DNA of 41,148 bases. Source: a virus (taxonomy: Duplodnaviria; Caudoviricetes). The stretch spans positions 1 to 41,148 of IMG/VR virus record IMGVR_UViG_3300033480_000009, one strand, 5' to 3'. The position numbers and the translations under genes are program-made. Below the pieces are notes generated by a model. That model was not told the DNA's origin and searched no databases. It worked only from the letters and a program-made list of their open reading frames with translations. Positions within the stretch are counted from its first letter, which is position 1, and every line of letters starts with the position of its first letter. Below, one piece after another: positions 18,376 to 26,126 of this stretch.

Positions 18376-18594
18376 TCAATTCACCTGTATGGGTTTGAAA
18401 TCAGCGCACGCCGGTTCGCGCACGTTCACGCGCGGCCCCCTGGCGTACTCGTCTTCGTCATCGCTCGTGCCGACGTACCTCGGCTTGTCATGCCAGCAGC
18501 GCACATCGTCCTTGTTCGGGAATGCATGGCAGAACGCGCACTCTCCGCAACACGGATGCGGCATCCGAACGGGTTGTTGCTTCTTGGCCACCAT
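18376..18594 (-). CDS. Cys-rich hypothetical protein
   Basis: CCGECAFC..C..C; AGGAG RBS. Confidence 0.6.
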   Translation of the reverse strand: MVAKKQQPVRMPHPCCGECAFCHAFPNKDDVRCWHDKPRYVGTSDDEDEYARGPRVNVREPACADFKPIQVN

Positions 18595-18639
18595 ATGACG
18601 AACTCCTATTATTGCAACGTACCATCGGAGCGTATCAGC

Positions 18640-18852
18640 TCAGTGGGCGCACGTCAAGCTGCAGCTGCGATACACGTCGCGGATGTGGCGCATGTAGTGT
18701 ACGCCGCGTAGCTCCGCCGACTCAAACGCTGCAGCTTCGCCAAGCGGCACGTCAAAGTACGTGTAGACCACCCCGCCGCGCAACTGCACGTACAGCTCAC
18801 GACTCGCCTCGTTGTACTCAATCGCCTCGACCGGGCATCGTCTTCCACTCAC
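18640..18852 (-). CDS. KTSC-domain protein
   Basis: IEYNEASRELYVQLRGGVVYTYFDVP..F..A..RG.HYMRHIR matches the KTSC pattern. Confidence 0.75.
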   Translation of the reverse strand: MSGRRCPVEAIEYNEASRELYVQLRGGVVYTYFDVPLGEAAAFESAELRGVHYMRHIRDVYRSCSLTCAH

Positions 18853-19000
18853 GCCAATTCCACCATCTGATTCGTTTTAACAATCGGACAGGTAGGCACA
18901 CTCGCATGCGCCGCTCCTGTATCCACCACCTCGTACCGCGCCCCGATAGGCGGACGCCGCGCAAGTTACGTCTCGCATACCTCGGCTGCCTGGCACTCAT
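18818..19000 (-). CDS. Hypothetical protein
   Basis: Translationally coupled ORF, Arg/Trp-rich. Confidence 0.35.
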   Translation of the reverse strand: MSARQPRYARRNLRGVRLSGRGTRWWIQERRMRVCLPVRLLKRIRWWNWREWKTMPGRGD

Positions 19001-19188
19001 CGCTCGCTCCGTTCAAACGTCACCCACCACACTGGATCGATCGCACACCAGCCACGCCCGTCCCACGCTTCCACCTGAACCTCGTGCGTTCGGAGGTGTC
19101 GCCGCGCACGCCGCGTACCGATCGCCGTTCCGTATTCCCACGGATCGCCCAACAGCCAGCGCAGCACGTCTTCGATCATTTCTAACAC
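18997..19188 (-). CDS. Hypothetical protein
   Basis: ORF at the head of the small-gene cluster. Confidence 0.45.
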   Translation of the reverse strand: MLEMIEDVLRWLLGDPWEYGTAIGTRRARRHLRTHEVQVEAWDGRGWCAIDPVWWVTFERSER

Positions 19189-19369
19189 CTCGTTCGCTTG
19201 TTACATACTGGTCGGCGGCTGGGCAGTTGGTGCAAATTCTGCAATTACTGCAATTATAGCAGCACGAATCGTACGAAAAATGTGGATCGGTGCCGGCAAC
19301 AATAGTTCCGTACCGTCCGGGGTCCCCGAGTATGGCGCCCGCCCCGCCACGATCCGCCCACCCTACCCG

Positions 19370-19918
19370 CTACACCCCCACCACCGCCCCGCACCCTGCG
19401 CATACCCCCCATTGGACGGGCGCCCCGCATGCAGTACACGTACCATCCCCCGCCACCGCCTCACCATCGCCACTCGATACGGGTGCCGCGCTCGGCTCAA
19501 GCGGTACATCCACGACGCCACGCAATTGCACCATATCGGCAAGGCGCGGCTCGCGTCTGATCAGCTCGCTGATCTTCGCCATTATTTCCGCTTCTGTCAT
19601 CTTGTCGCGGTTGCTCACCTCGGTTATCTCGGTCGCTTGTAGCGTGCTGAGCGACTTGTTTAGCAATATCTCATATGACTTGATTTGTGTGGGCGTCAAT
19701 TCAAGCAGGCCGTCGCCGTGCATCTGCAGGCGCCGCACAATGTGTGAGGCTTGGATCTTGGCGCGGACCTCTTCCTGGCGCTCGGGGCGCACGCGCTTAT
19801 TACCTGGACCAGGCGGCACGTTCGCGGCGCGTTCATCCATACGCGCTTGCGCCATCTGATCCATCTTTTCGCGGGTCATGCCGACGGGCCGCCCCTTGTT
19901 CAGTTTGCGTTTATCCAT
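19370..19918 (-). CDS. Putative terminase small subunit
   Basis: RAKIQASHIVRRLQ...LTPTQIKSYEILLNKSL pattern; first gene of the late arm; C-terminal CxxC..CxxC. Confidence 0.55.
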   Translation of the reverse strand: MDKRKLNKGRPVGMTREKMDQMAQARMDERAANVPPGPGNKRVRPERQEEVRAKIQASHIVRRLQMHGDGLLELTPTQIKSYEILLNKSLSTLQATEITEVSNRDKMTEAEIMAKISELIRREPRLADMVQLRGVVDVPLEPSAAPVSSGDGEAVAGDGTCTACGAPVQWGVCAGCGAVVGV

Positions 19919-20025
19919 AGTATTCAATGCGTTACGCTCGAATCGGTTTAGTTGTCGGGCACAATGGGACATCGAAGCGCGCCACGTTATGCCAAATGAT
20001 TTGCCAAGTCATTGATTTGCAACGA

Positions 20026-20054
20026 ACGATAAAATTCTAGGGGTATATTGTCAA
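20026..20054 (-). promoter_or_regulatory. Sigma70-like leftward promoter
   Basis: TTGACA-N17-TATCGT upstream of the putative terS. Confidence 0.6.
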
Positions 20055-20071
20055 GACATTTCGCACCAGCC

Positions 20072-20111
20072 GTCACACGTCACAAGTTGGTCACAGGTTG
20101 GTCACAGGTTG
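20072..20111 (+). repeat. Iteron-like direct repeats
   Basis: GTCACA x4; GTCACARGTTG x3 with an 11-bp period. Confidence 0.8.
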
Positions 20112-20419
20112 CGTCTGTATTTTATGCTGCAAATACAGTGTCTTGTCTTTACTTTATATATTTTATATAAATAAATATAGTATAAAGTACATATGGTATG
20201 GAGTATGGATAGGATATATACAGTATATTGCCGGGAGAATAGGTGTCGTTTGAGACATAACGCACTTATGCGGCAAGTTGATGATTATAAAGCATAATAT
20301 GGCATGCCTCAACCGCGTCTCAACTTCAGCATGAGACATAGACAACACCCGGCGCGGGTGTTAAGTGTTGCATTTAACAAGTAGTCGAGTTGTTATGTCG
20401 GGTACTCGCGTTATAGCGC

Positions 20420-20448
20420 TTGACAATCGTTGCGGGTGTTATTAAAGT
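20420..20448 (+). promoter_or_regulatory. Sigma70-like early promoter
   Basis: TTGACA-N17-TAAAGT upstream of the first rightward gene. Confidence 0.7.
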
Positions 20449-20490
20449 AACAACCATGCAGTGTTGTTAATTAACGAGAGGAGTGAGGCG

Positions 20491-20643
20491 ATGTTCGGAG
20501 TTGCGAAAGTAAAAGACGGATACGCAGTAAGCGAAGACGGCTTATTAATCGAATGGTTCTATTTGAAAGACTACGCCACTATGATGGATTGCTACCAGGA
20601 CGCACTGCTTCGCGTTATGCAGCTTCAAGGCGTTGCAGACTAA
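20491..20643 (+). CDS. Early hypothetical protein
   Basis: GAGGAG RBS, start MFGVAK. Confidence 0.65.
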   Translation: MFGVAKVKDGYAVSEDGLLIEWFYLKDYATMMDCYQDALLRVMQLQGVAD

Positions 20644-20675
20644 ACCATAACACATAACGAGAGGAGCGATATACC

Positions 20676-20927
20676 ATGAACGAATTCGAGCGCCGCTTTT
20701 GGACAATTCTCAAGGATCAATTTGCGCAGCGATTCGTCAACGATCCAAAGTATGCGGTTGTGGCCGAAAAGAACTTACCCGGCGACTATGCTTTCAAGTT
20801 TATGACCGCGCTGAAGAATGGTACGGCTGATAAAGATGGCGCCGCGGTTAAGAGTACGTGCAAGGCGCTGGGGATCAAATGTACGTACAAAGCAATTGCA
20901 GCATACCTGGCAACCGGCAGCAAATAA
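20676..20927 (+). CDS. Early hypothetical protein
   Basis: Preceded by a leader repeat with GAGGAG. Confidence 0.7.
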   Translation: MNEFERRFWTILKDQFAQRFVNDPKYAVVAEKNLPGDYAFKFMTALKNGTADKDGAAVKSTCKALGIKCTYKAIAAYLATGSK

Positions 20928-20949
20928 CATAACAGAGGAGTAATGAACC

Positions 20950-21045
20950 ATGTTGACCATTTACAGAAACGGCGAACCCTTCGAACTGGTAGATCTGAAG
21001 GAATTTAACGAGGCGGAATACTTCGCTCATTTGTGGGAGTGCTAG
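20950..21045 (+). CDS. 31-aa hypothetical protein
   Basis: Leader AACAGAGGAG; MLTIYRNGEPFELVDLKEFNEAEYFAHLWEC. Confidence 0.5.
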   Translation: MLTIYRNGEPFELVDLKEFNEAEYFAHLWEC

Positions 21046-21046
21046 C

Positions 21047-21391
21047 ATGTATATCAACAGCAACTTGACATCACGCGAGGCGCTAAATCTGTTCGGCACG
21101 CTGCCCGCTGATCATATTGAACGTTTGATTGATATTGAAGAGGCGCAAGAATCAGCGCGAGGCGTGGCACCATATATCGAAGAAGCAATAACATGCTTCC
21201 CCGGTGAAGACTTCATTGAGTCAGAAGGCGTGCTTGATGACTTGCGCAAGATCGCTAAAACGGTACGCGGCGACAATCGCGTGGCAATTCTGGCGGTCAT
21301 CGAGAAGCTGGAAGGCGTGCAACTTGGAACGGCACGCCAAGCGGAATATGGCGTGAGCGAACTGCGCAACGCACTGCGCGAGATTGAATAA
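21047..21391 (+). CDS. Early hypothetical protein
   Basis: GGGAG RBS, coupled to the previous ORF. Confidence 0.7.
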   Translation: MYINSNLTSREALNLFGTLPADHIERLIDIEEAQESARGVAPYIEEAITCFPGEDFIESEGVLDDLRKIAKTVRGDNRVAILAVIEKLEGVQLGTARQAEYGVSELRNALREIE

Positions 21392-21409
21392 CAGAGGAGA
21401 CATAACACC

Positions 21410-21625
21410 ATGACCAACCCCGCCACCATGTACCAACACCTAAGCGCCGGCCACACAACGAACGGCAACCCGCGCCGCGTATTTGTCCTGTATGCGGCCA
21501 ATGGCGACATTGTGCAAGCCATAGACGAGGGATACTGCGGCACGCCTGCCGAATGTCGCGGACTGGTGCAGCTTCCTGGGTTTGACATCAAGCCCGCCGA
21601 ATACCGCGCACTGTTGAGGAAGTAA
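21410..21625 (+). CDS. Early hypothetical protein
   Basis: Leader repeat; NGNPRRVFV..IDEGY.G pattern. Confidence 0.7.
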   Translation: MTNPATMYQHLSAGHTTNGNPRRVFVLYAANGDIVQAIDEGYCGTPAECRGLVQLPGFDIKPAEYRALLRK

Positions 21626-21629
21626 CGCC

Positions 21630-21803
21630 ATGACTACATACATCCAGCGCCGCGCCGACGGTGAACTTGAAACGGTAGACGAGTTTGAGACGTACCGCGA
21701 AGCCCGCGCAATGGTTAAAGAGTACCAGCTGAGTGAGCCCGGCGCCGAATACTACGCATCGTCCAGACCGTGCAAAGCGTGGCGCGATGCAAGTAACAAT
21801 TAA
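21630..21803 (+). CDS. 57-aa hypothetical protein
   Basis: GAGGA RBS; MTTYIQRR..LETVDEFETYREARAMVKEYQLS..YYASSRPCKAW. Confidence 0.65.
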   Translation: MTTYIQRRADGELETVDEFETYREARAMVKEYQLSEPGAEYYASSRPCKAWRDASNN

Positions 21804-21806
21804 CGC

Positions 21807-21836
21807 TTGACAACCGAAAACAACCTAACCTATTAT
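21807..21836 (+). promoter_or_regulatory. Sigma70-like promoter
   Basis: TTGACA-N18-TATTAT directly before a leader repeat. Confidence 0.6.
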
Positions 21837-21866
21837 AGCAGCACCACAACAGAGGAGCGACACACC

Positions 21867-22034
21867 ATGACACAGCATAAGCGTTACGGTTTTTACATTC
21901 AATACGGATGCGGGGGAAGATACGAATGGCACTACGCTACCGGCGCAAACAAGAGCGACGCGGCGCAGAAAGTGGCGCGAGCTATCGGCGGAACACGATT
22001 TTCAGTCGGTTTGATTCGTTCTATTGAGTGCTGA
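21867..22034 (+). CDS. Early hypothetical protein
   Basis: Start follows the leader ACCACAACAGAGGAGCGACACACC. Confidence 0.65.
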   Translation: MTQHKRYGFYIQYGCGGRYEWHYATGANKSDAAQKVARAIGGTRFSVGLIRSIEC

Positions 22035-22066
22035 TCAACCTAACCACAACAGAGGAGCGACACACC

Positions 22067-22603
22067 ATGACAACATCGAACGCAACCAATAACGCAACCA
22101 AACCGAACGCATTCCGCAAAATGGAAGAACATGCAGCATTCAAGCGCTGCGCGTCTTTCACAATCACCCATCCAAAGAAGCCCGACGGTTACGCAGTTAT
22201 CAACGTGGCATATCCCGCCGATGGCGCCGGCCGCCTCCGTGTGTTCATCATTGACGCATTCGGGCCGGAAGGCCGCACCTGCTCCGAAAGCCACGCAGGC
22301 GGCTATGGATATGACAAGTTGACCGCTGCACTATCCGGCATGGTCATTGACGGGCATACCCTGGCGGACCATTCCGGCCAGGATGACACAAGCGCGCGAC
22401 TGCTGAAAGCGTGGCACAAGGCCGGCGCCGACGAGCGCGCCGCTGTTGAGAAGCGCGCCGGCAAGCTGGGGTATTTCTTTACTAATTGGTCCGCTGGTGG
22501 CGGGTTTTGCCCAACAGGTAAGGACGGCTGGCAAAGCTGCTACAAGACGTCCGGTCTGGACTACCTGCGCGCACTGGGTTATCGCATCATTCGGGGGATC
22601 TGA
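22067..22603 (+). CDS. Early hypothetical protein (AGGYGYDK motif)
   Basis: Identical leader to the previous gene; HAGGYGYDKLTAALS. Confidence 0.75.
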   Translation: MTTSNATNNATKPNAFRKMEEHAAFKRCASFTITHPKKPDGYAVINVAYPADGAGRLRVFIIDAFGPEGRTCSESHAGGYGYDKLTAALSGMVIDGHTLADHSGQDDTSARLLKAWHKAGADERAAVEKRAGKLGYFFTNWSAGGGFCPTGKDGWQSCYKTSGLDYLRALGYRIIRGI

Positions 22604-22605
22604 TC

Positions 22606-22719
22606 ATGACCGAACGGGTACAGATAACAAAACGAGAGTTTTATTCAATGGGTGGTTTTCGTAACCCAAAGCTGCAACGAGTGTTTCATGGTTGCAGCTG
22701 GTCATACTGGAAAATATAA
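22606..22719 (+). CDS. 37-aa hypothetical protein
   Basis: MTERVQITKREFYSMGGFRNPKLQRVFHGCSWSYWKI. Confidence 0.5.
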   Translation: MTERVQITKREFYSMGGFRNPKLQRVFHGCSWSYWKI

Positions 22720-22739
22720 CGTAGAGGAGACATAACACC

Positions 22740-22808
22740 ATGACTGCATACACCACAACCCTGCAAGCCCTGCGCGCGCTGGGTTATCGCATTATCCAGG
22801 GGATCTGA
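22740..22808 (+). pseudogene. Chimeric 22-codon mini-gene (recombination scar)
   Basis: MTAYTTTLQALR (start of the Ala-repeat paralogues) is fused at CCTGCGCG to ALGYRIIQGI (end of the 22067 gene). Confidence 0.8.
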
Positions 22809-22810
22809 TC

Positions 22811-23098
22811 ATGACACAACATACGCCAGGACCGTGGCGCGTAGAGGATGGCTCAACCGTCTACGGATCTCGCGCCGGAAAGACTGACAAGTTTGAAGTG
22901 TGCGATTGCAAGGGGTACGCGGGAGAACGTGAAGCAAACGCCCGCCTCATCGCTGCCGCGCCCGATTTACTTGAAGCGGTCAGATTGACCGTCGAACTAT
23001 TAGACAGCGATGGGCGCAATTCAAATTCGACAGTTGTAAAGACATGCCGCGCCGCTATCGCCCGTGCAACAACATCAACCACAACAGAGGAGACATAA
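22811..23098 (+). CDS. Phage protein, HTPGPW/EANARLIAAAPDLL type
   Basis: Both signature motifs are present; the stop lies inside the next leader. Confidence 0.8.
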   Translation: MTQHTPGPWRVEDGSTVYGSRAGKTDKFEVCDCKGYAGEREANARLIAAAPDLLEAVRLTVELLDSDGRNSNSTVVKTCRAAIARATTSTTTEET

Positions 23099-23102
23099 CA
23101 CC

Positions 23103-23657
23103 ATGACTGCATACACCACAACCCTGCAAGCCCTGCGCGACAACCACGCATGCGAGAGAGGTTACAACCTGATCGCCAACCACGTTGGCCGCGACTTCGC
23201 CGGACCGATCGATCTGGAGACAATCCTTGACAACAACGGACTCGATGATGCCATCTGGGCATTGCGCGCTACGGAAGGCGGCCGAGAACTCGCCATAGCG
23301 TTCGCCATCTACTGCGCCGAACCGTACTACACCGATCCAGCCTGGCGTGAGTGGGCCACTAACTGGATGAACGGCACAGACCGCACACCGGCAAGCGCTG
23401 AACGTGCCGCCAATGCTGCCTATGCCGCCTATGCCGCCGCCGATGCCGCCTATGCCGCCGCCCGTGCCGCCTATGCCGCCGCCCGTGCCGCCTATGCCGC
23501 CGCCCGTGCCGCCTATGCCGCCTATGCCGCCGCCTATGCCGCCGCCTATGCCGCCGTCTATGCCGCCGCCTATGCCGCCTCTACCGCCCGTGCCGCCGAG
23601 CGAACCCGGCAGGTTGAGGTATTCTGTAAGCTGGTGCGTGGGGAGGCGATAGCATGA
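23103..23657 (+). CDS. Ala-Ala-X repeat protein, copy 1 (184 aa)
   Basis: N-domain HACxxGY..TILDNNGxDDAIWALRA..FAIYCAE followed by a GCCGCC(TAT/CGT/GAT) tract. Confidence 0.8.
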   Translation: MTAYTTTLQALRDNHACERGYNLIANHVGRDFAGPIDLETILDNNGLDDAIWALRATEGGRELAIAFAIYCAEPYYTDPAWREWATNWMNGTDRTPASAERAANAAYAAYAAADAAYAAARAAYAAARAAYAAARAAYAAYAAAYAAAYAAVYAAAYAASTARAAERTRQVEVFCKLVRGEAIA

Positions 23658-23872
23658 GCCGCTACTATATCCCGGTTGTTCTGGTGCTACAGTCCAGCGG
23701 CGAACGAACCGCCGACGCGGACGCTATACGCGCCCTGGATACCATGGCAACGCATGCGGGGATTGAAGGGTACATCTTGCCCGACGGTCTGAAGGTATCG
23801 CCCGCTTCCGCTGCGTGGCATGACCTAGAGCAAGTTGTTCGTAATGGAGGAATTGAGGAGATTACACCATGA
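23654..23872 (+). CDS. Hypothetical protein
   Basis: GGAGG RBS, ATGA coupling. Confidence 0.6.
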   Translation: MSRYYIPVVLVLQSSGERTADADAIRALDTMATHAGIEGYILPDGLKVSPASAAWHDLEQVVRNGGIEEITP

Positions 23873-24132
23873 CACTTAACGACGTAGCGCAACGATATGG
23901 CCGCACAGTTGACGACGAGGGTCGCATCTGCAACAAGGGCGCAGCAAGTGGGGTAGTGGCTAAGATGGTACGTGGCCGCCTGCAGTGCCGCTCAGCTAAT
24001 ACTGGCATGCGGCTGTTTACTGGTGCGGGGGAAGAGGCGCTTGCTCGGTTTCTGGAGCGGTTCTGGTTGCTCGAACCTGTAACGGCACCCGACGCCCGCA
24101 ACGAACTGAACAACCTGGAGGTGACACCATGA
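23869..24132 (+). CDS. Hypothetical protein
   Basis: GAGGAG..ACACCATG start. Confidence 0.6.
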   Translation: MTLNDVAQRYGRTVDDEGRICNKGAASGVVAKMVRGRLQCRSANTGMRLFTGAGEEALARFLERFWLLEPVTAPDARNELNNLEVTP

Positions 24133-24293
24133 ACCAATACCGCAACCCCTGCAATCCTGTTTGCTTGTTCTTCCGTGCCGTCGGTCAGCATGTGCGGCGT
24201 GCGAAGTGGCGACACATCCGCGCCATAAGCGCCGCCGTTTCGCAGTCGCGGCCGCTTGGCGTTTACTTCCACCCATCCAATAAGGCGTACTGA
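24129..24293 (+). CDS. 54-aa hypothetical protein
   Basis: GGAGG..ACACCATG start, coupled to its neighbours. Confidence 0.4.
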   Translation: MNQYRNPCNPVCLFFRAVGQHVRRAKWRHIRAISAAVSQSRPLGVYFHPSNKAY

Positions 24294-24295
24294 TC

Positions 24296-24508
24296 ATGAG
24301 CAAACCATATACCGTATTACTCGCACGACCCGCCACATCAGCCGATGATTGCGATACGTTCTTATGCTTTGTGCATGCCGACGATCCGCACGGTGCGCAC
24401 ATGGCAGCTGCAGTAGAAGCAATTGCTGCGGATGGCAGCACGTGGCACCCGGAGGAATATCGCCCGCTTGCCATATTCGAGGGTTTCCACCCCGACGTTT
24501 CAGCGTAA
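24296..24508 (+). CDS. Hypothetical protein
   Basis: MSKPYTVLLARP..FEGFH; ends DVSA*. Confidence 0.65.
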   Translation: MSKPYTVLLARPATSADDCDTFLCFVHADDPHGAHMAAAVEAIAADGSTWHPEEYRPLAIFEGFHPDVSA

Positions 24509-24556
24509 GCGGAATACTCGCAACATCATCAACCACAACAGAGGAGACATAACACC

Positions 24557-25204
24557 ATGACTGCATACACCACAACCCTGCAAGCCCTGCGCGACAACCA
24601 CGCATGCACGAGAGGTTACGACCTGATCGCCAACCACGTCGGCCACGACTTCGCCGGACCGATCGCCCTGGAGACGATCCTCGATAACAACGGATTCGAC
24701 GATGCCATCTGGGCGCTCAGAGCTACGGAAGGCGGCCGAGAACTCGCGATAGCGTTCTCGATATACTGCGCCGAACCGCACTACACCGACCCGGCCTGGC
24801 GTGAGTGGGCGGCTAACTGGATGAACGGCACAGACCGCACACCGGCAAGCGCCGCCCGTGCCGCCTATGCCGCCCGTGCCGCCTATGCCGCCGCCTATGC
24901 CGCCGCCTATGCCGCCGATGCCGCCGCCTATGCCGCCGCCTATGCCGCCGCCCGTGCCGCCTATGCCGCCTATGCCGCCGCCGATGCCGCCCGTGCCGCC
25001 GATGCCGCCCGTGCCGCCTATGCCGCCGCCGATGCCGCCCGTGCCGCCTATGCCGCCGCCGATGCCGCCTATGCCGCCGCCCGTGCCGCCGATGCCGCCT
25101 ATGCCGCCGCCTATGCCGCCCGTGCCGCCGAGCGAACCCGGCAGATTGAGGTATTCCGCAGGCTGGTACGTGGCGTTGCCGCAGCAGCCGACGTTTCAGC
25201 GTAA
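24557..25204 (+). CDS. Ala-Ala-X repeat protein, copy 2 (215 aa)
   Basis: N-domain nearly identical to copies 1 and 3; longest repeat tract; ends DVSA*. Confidence 0.8.
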   Translation: MTAYTTTLQALRDNHACTRGYDLIANHVGHDFAGPIALETILDNNGFDDAIWALRATEGGRELAIAFSIYCAEPHYTDPAWREWAANWMNGTDRTPASAARAAYAARAAYAAAYAAAYAADAAAYAAAYAAARAAYAAYAAADAARAADAARAAYAAADAARAAYAAADAAYAAARAADAAYAAAYAARAAERTRQIEVFRRLVRGVAAAADVSA

Positions 25205-25213
25205 GAGGCCGGC

Positions 25214-25351
25214 ATGCGCGTATATTCAGAGCAAGAGTATCAAGCACAGCAGCGCCGGGCGCAGGCCGTTCGCTGGGTTGCTGAGTTCCTAGCTGGCGTG
25301 GTATGCGGGCTGGTCATTTTAGGTCTAATTGTCTGGGGAGGTATGAAGTGA
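25214..25351 (+). CDS. 45-aa membrane peptide
   Basis: ...WVAEFLAGVVCGLVILGLIVWGGMK; stop overlaps the next GTG. Confidence 0.55.
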   Translation: MRVYSEQEYQAQQRRAQAVRWVAEFLAGVVCGLVILGLIVWGGMK

Positions 25352-25557
25352 GTAAATCAAAACAAGCCGTCGCATGGCGCCGGGAAACGCCTGCGCCTGG
25401 CGAACCGAAGCGCACGCAACAACGAGCCGCCGACAAGTTTGGCATATCACAGCAAGCCGTCTACCGCGAGGAGCTGCGCCAGGCCACCAGTCAAGTGTGC
25501 CAATGCTGCGGCGGATCGGGCCGCGCAACATCATCAACCACAACAGAGGAGACATAA
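25348..25557 (+). CDS. HTH + CxxC protein, paralogue A
   Basis: GEPKRTQQRAADKFGISQQAVY..CQCCG; GGAGG RBS, GTG start. Confidence 0.65.
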   Translation: MSKSKQAVAWRRETPAPGEPKRTQQRAADKFGISQQAVYREELRQATSQVCQCCGGSGRATSSTTTEET

Positions 25558-25561
25558 CACC

Positions 25562-26080
25562 ATGAACGCATACACCACAACCCTGCAAGCCCTGCGCGAC
25601 AACCACGCATGCACGAGAGGTTACGACCTGATCGCCAACCACGTCGGCCGCGACTTCGCCGGACCGATCGCCCTGGAGACGATCCTCGATAACAACGGAT
25701 TCGACGATGCCATCTGGGCGCTCAGAGCTACGGACGGCGGCCGAGAACTCGCGATAGCGTTCTCGATATACTGCGCCGAACCGCACTACACCGACCCGGC
25801 CTGGCGTGAGTGGGCGGCTAACTGGATGAACGGCACAGACCGCACACCGGCAAGCGCTGAACGTGCCGCCTATGCCGCCCGTGCCGCCTATGCCGCCTAT
25901 GCCGCCGCCCGTGCCGCCTATGCCGCCTATGCCGCCTATGCCGCCGCCGATGCCGCCCGTGCCGCCTATGCCGCCGCCCGTGCCGCCGATGCCGCCTATG
26001 CCGCCGCCTATGCCGCCCGTGCCGCCGAGCGAACCCGGCAGATTGAGCTGTTCCGCAAGCTGGTACACGGTGAGGATTGA
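25562..26080 (+). CDS. Ala-Ala-X repeat protein, copy 3 (172 aa)
   Basis: Same N-domain and leader; shortest tract. Confidence 0.8.
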   Translation: MNAYTTTLQALRDNHACTRGYDLIANHVGRDFAGPIALETILDNNGFDDAIWALRATDGGRELAIAFSIYCAEPHYTDPAWREWAANWMNGTDRTPASAERAAYAARAAYAAYAAARAAYAAYAAYAAADAARAAYAAARAADAAYAAAYAARAAERTRQIELFRKLVHGED

Positions 26081-26105
26081 CACGAACCGCAACATCTACG
26101 ATAAT
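26077..26105 (+). promoter_or_regulatory. Sigma70-like promoter
   Basis: TTGACA-N17-GATAAT upstream of the lipoprotein gene. Confidence 0.7.
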
Positions 26106-26126
26106 AGGACAAAGGAGAGCGACAAC

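Noticed and set aside
143-19950. Long plus-strand ORFs (e.g. 917-1696, 5250-6668, 8918-10198)
   Set aside because: They are antisense shadows of well-supported minus-strand genes in GC-rich DNA.
20640-25564. CRISPR array interpretation of the leader repeats
   Set aside because: The spacers are whole genes of irregular length and the repeats contain an RBS and ATG. The Cas4-like DUF2800 gene is a normal phage replication nuclease.
23103-26080. Diversity-generating retroelement (TR/VR pairs)
   Set aside because: No reverse transcriptase is present in the window, and differences between copies are not adenine-specific.
23404-26126. Met/Pro-rich (MPPMPP) and His/Arg- or Gly-rich ORFs in the ORF track
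   Set aside because: These are alternative-frame and antisense readings of the GCCGCCTAT tracts; the Ala frame carries the leader, RBS and conserved domain.
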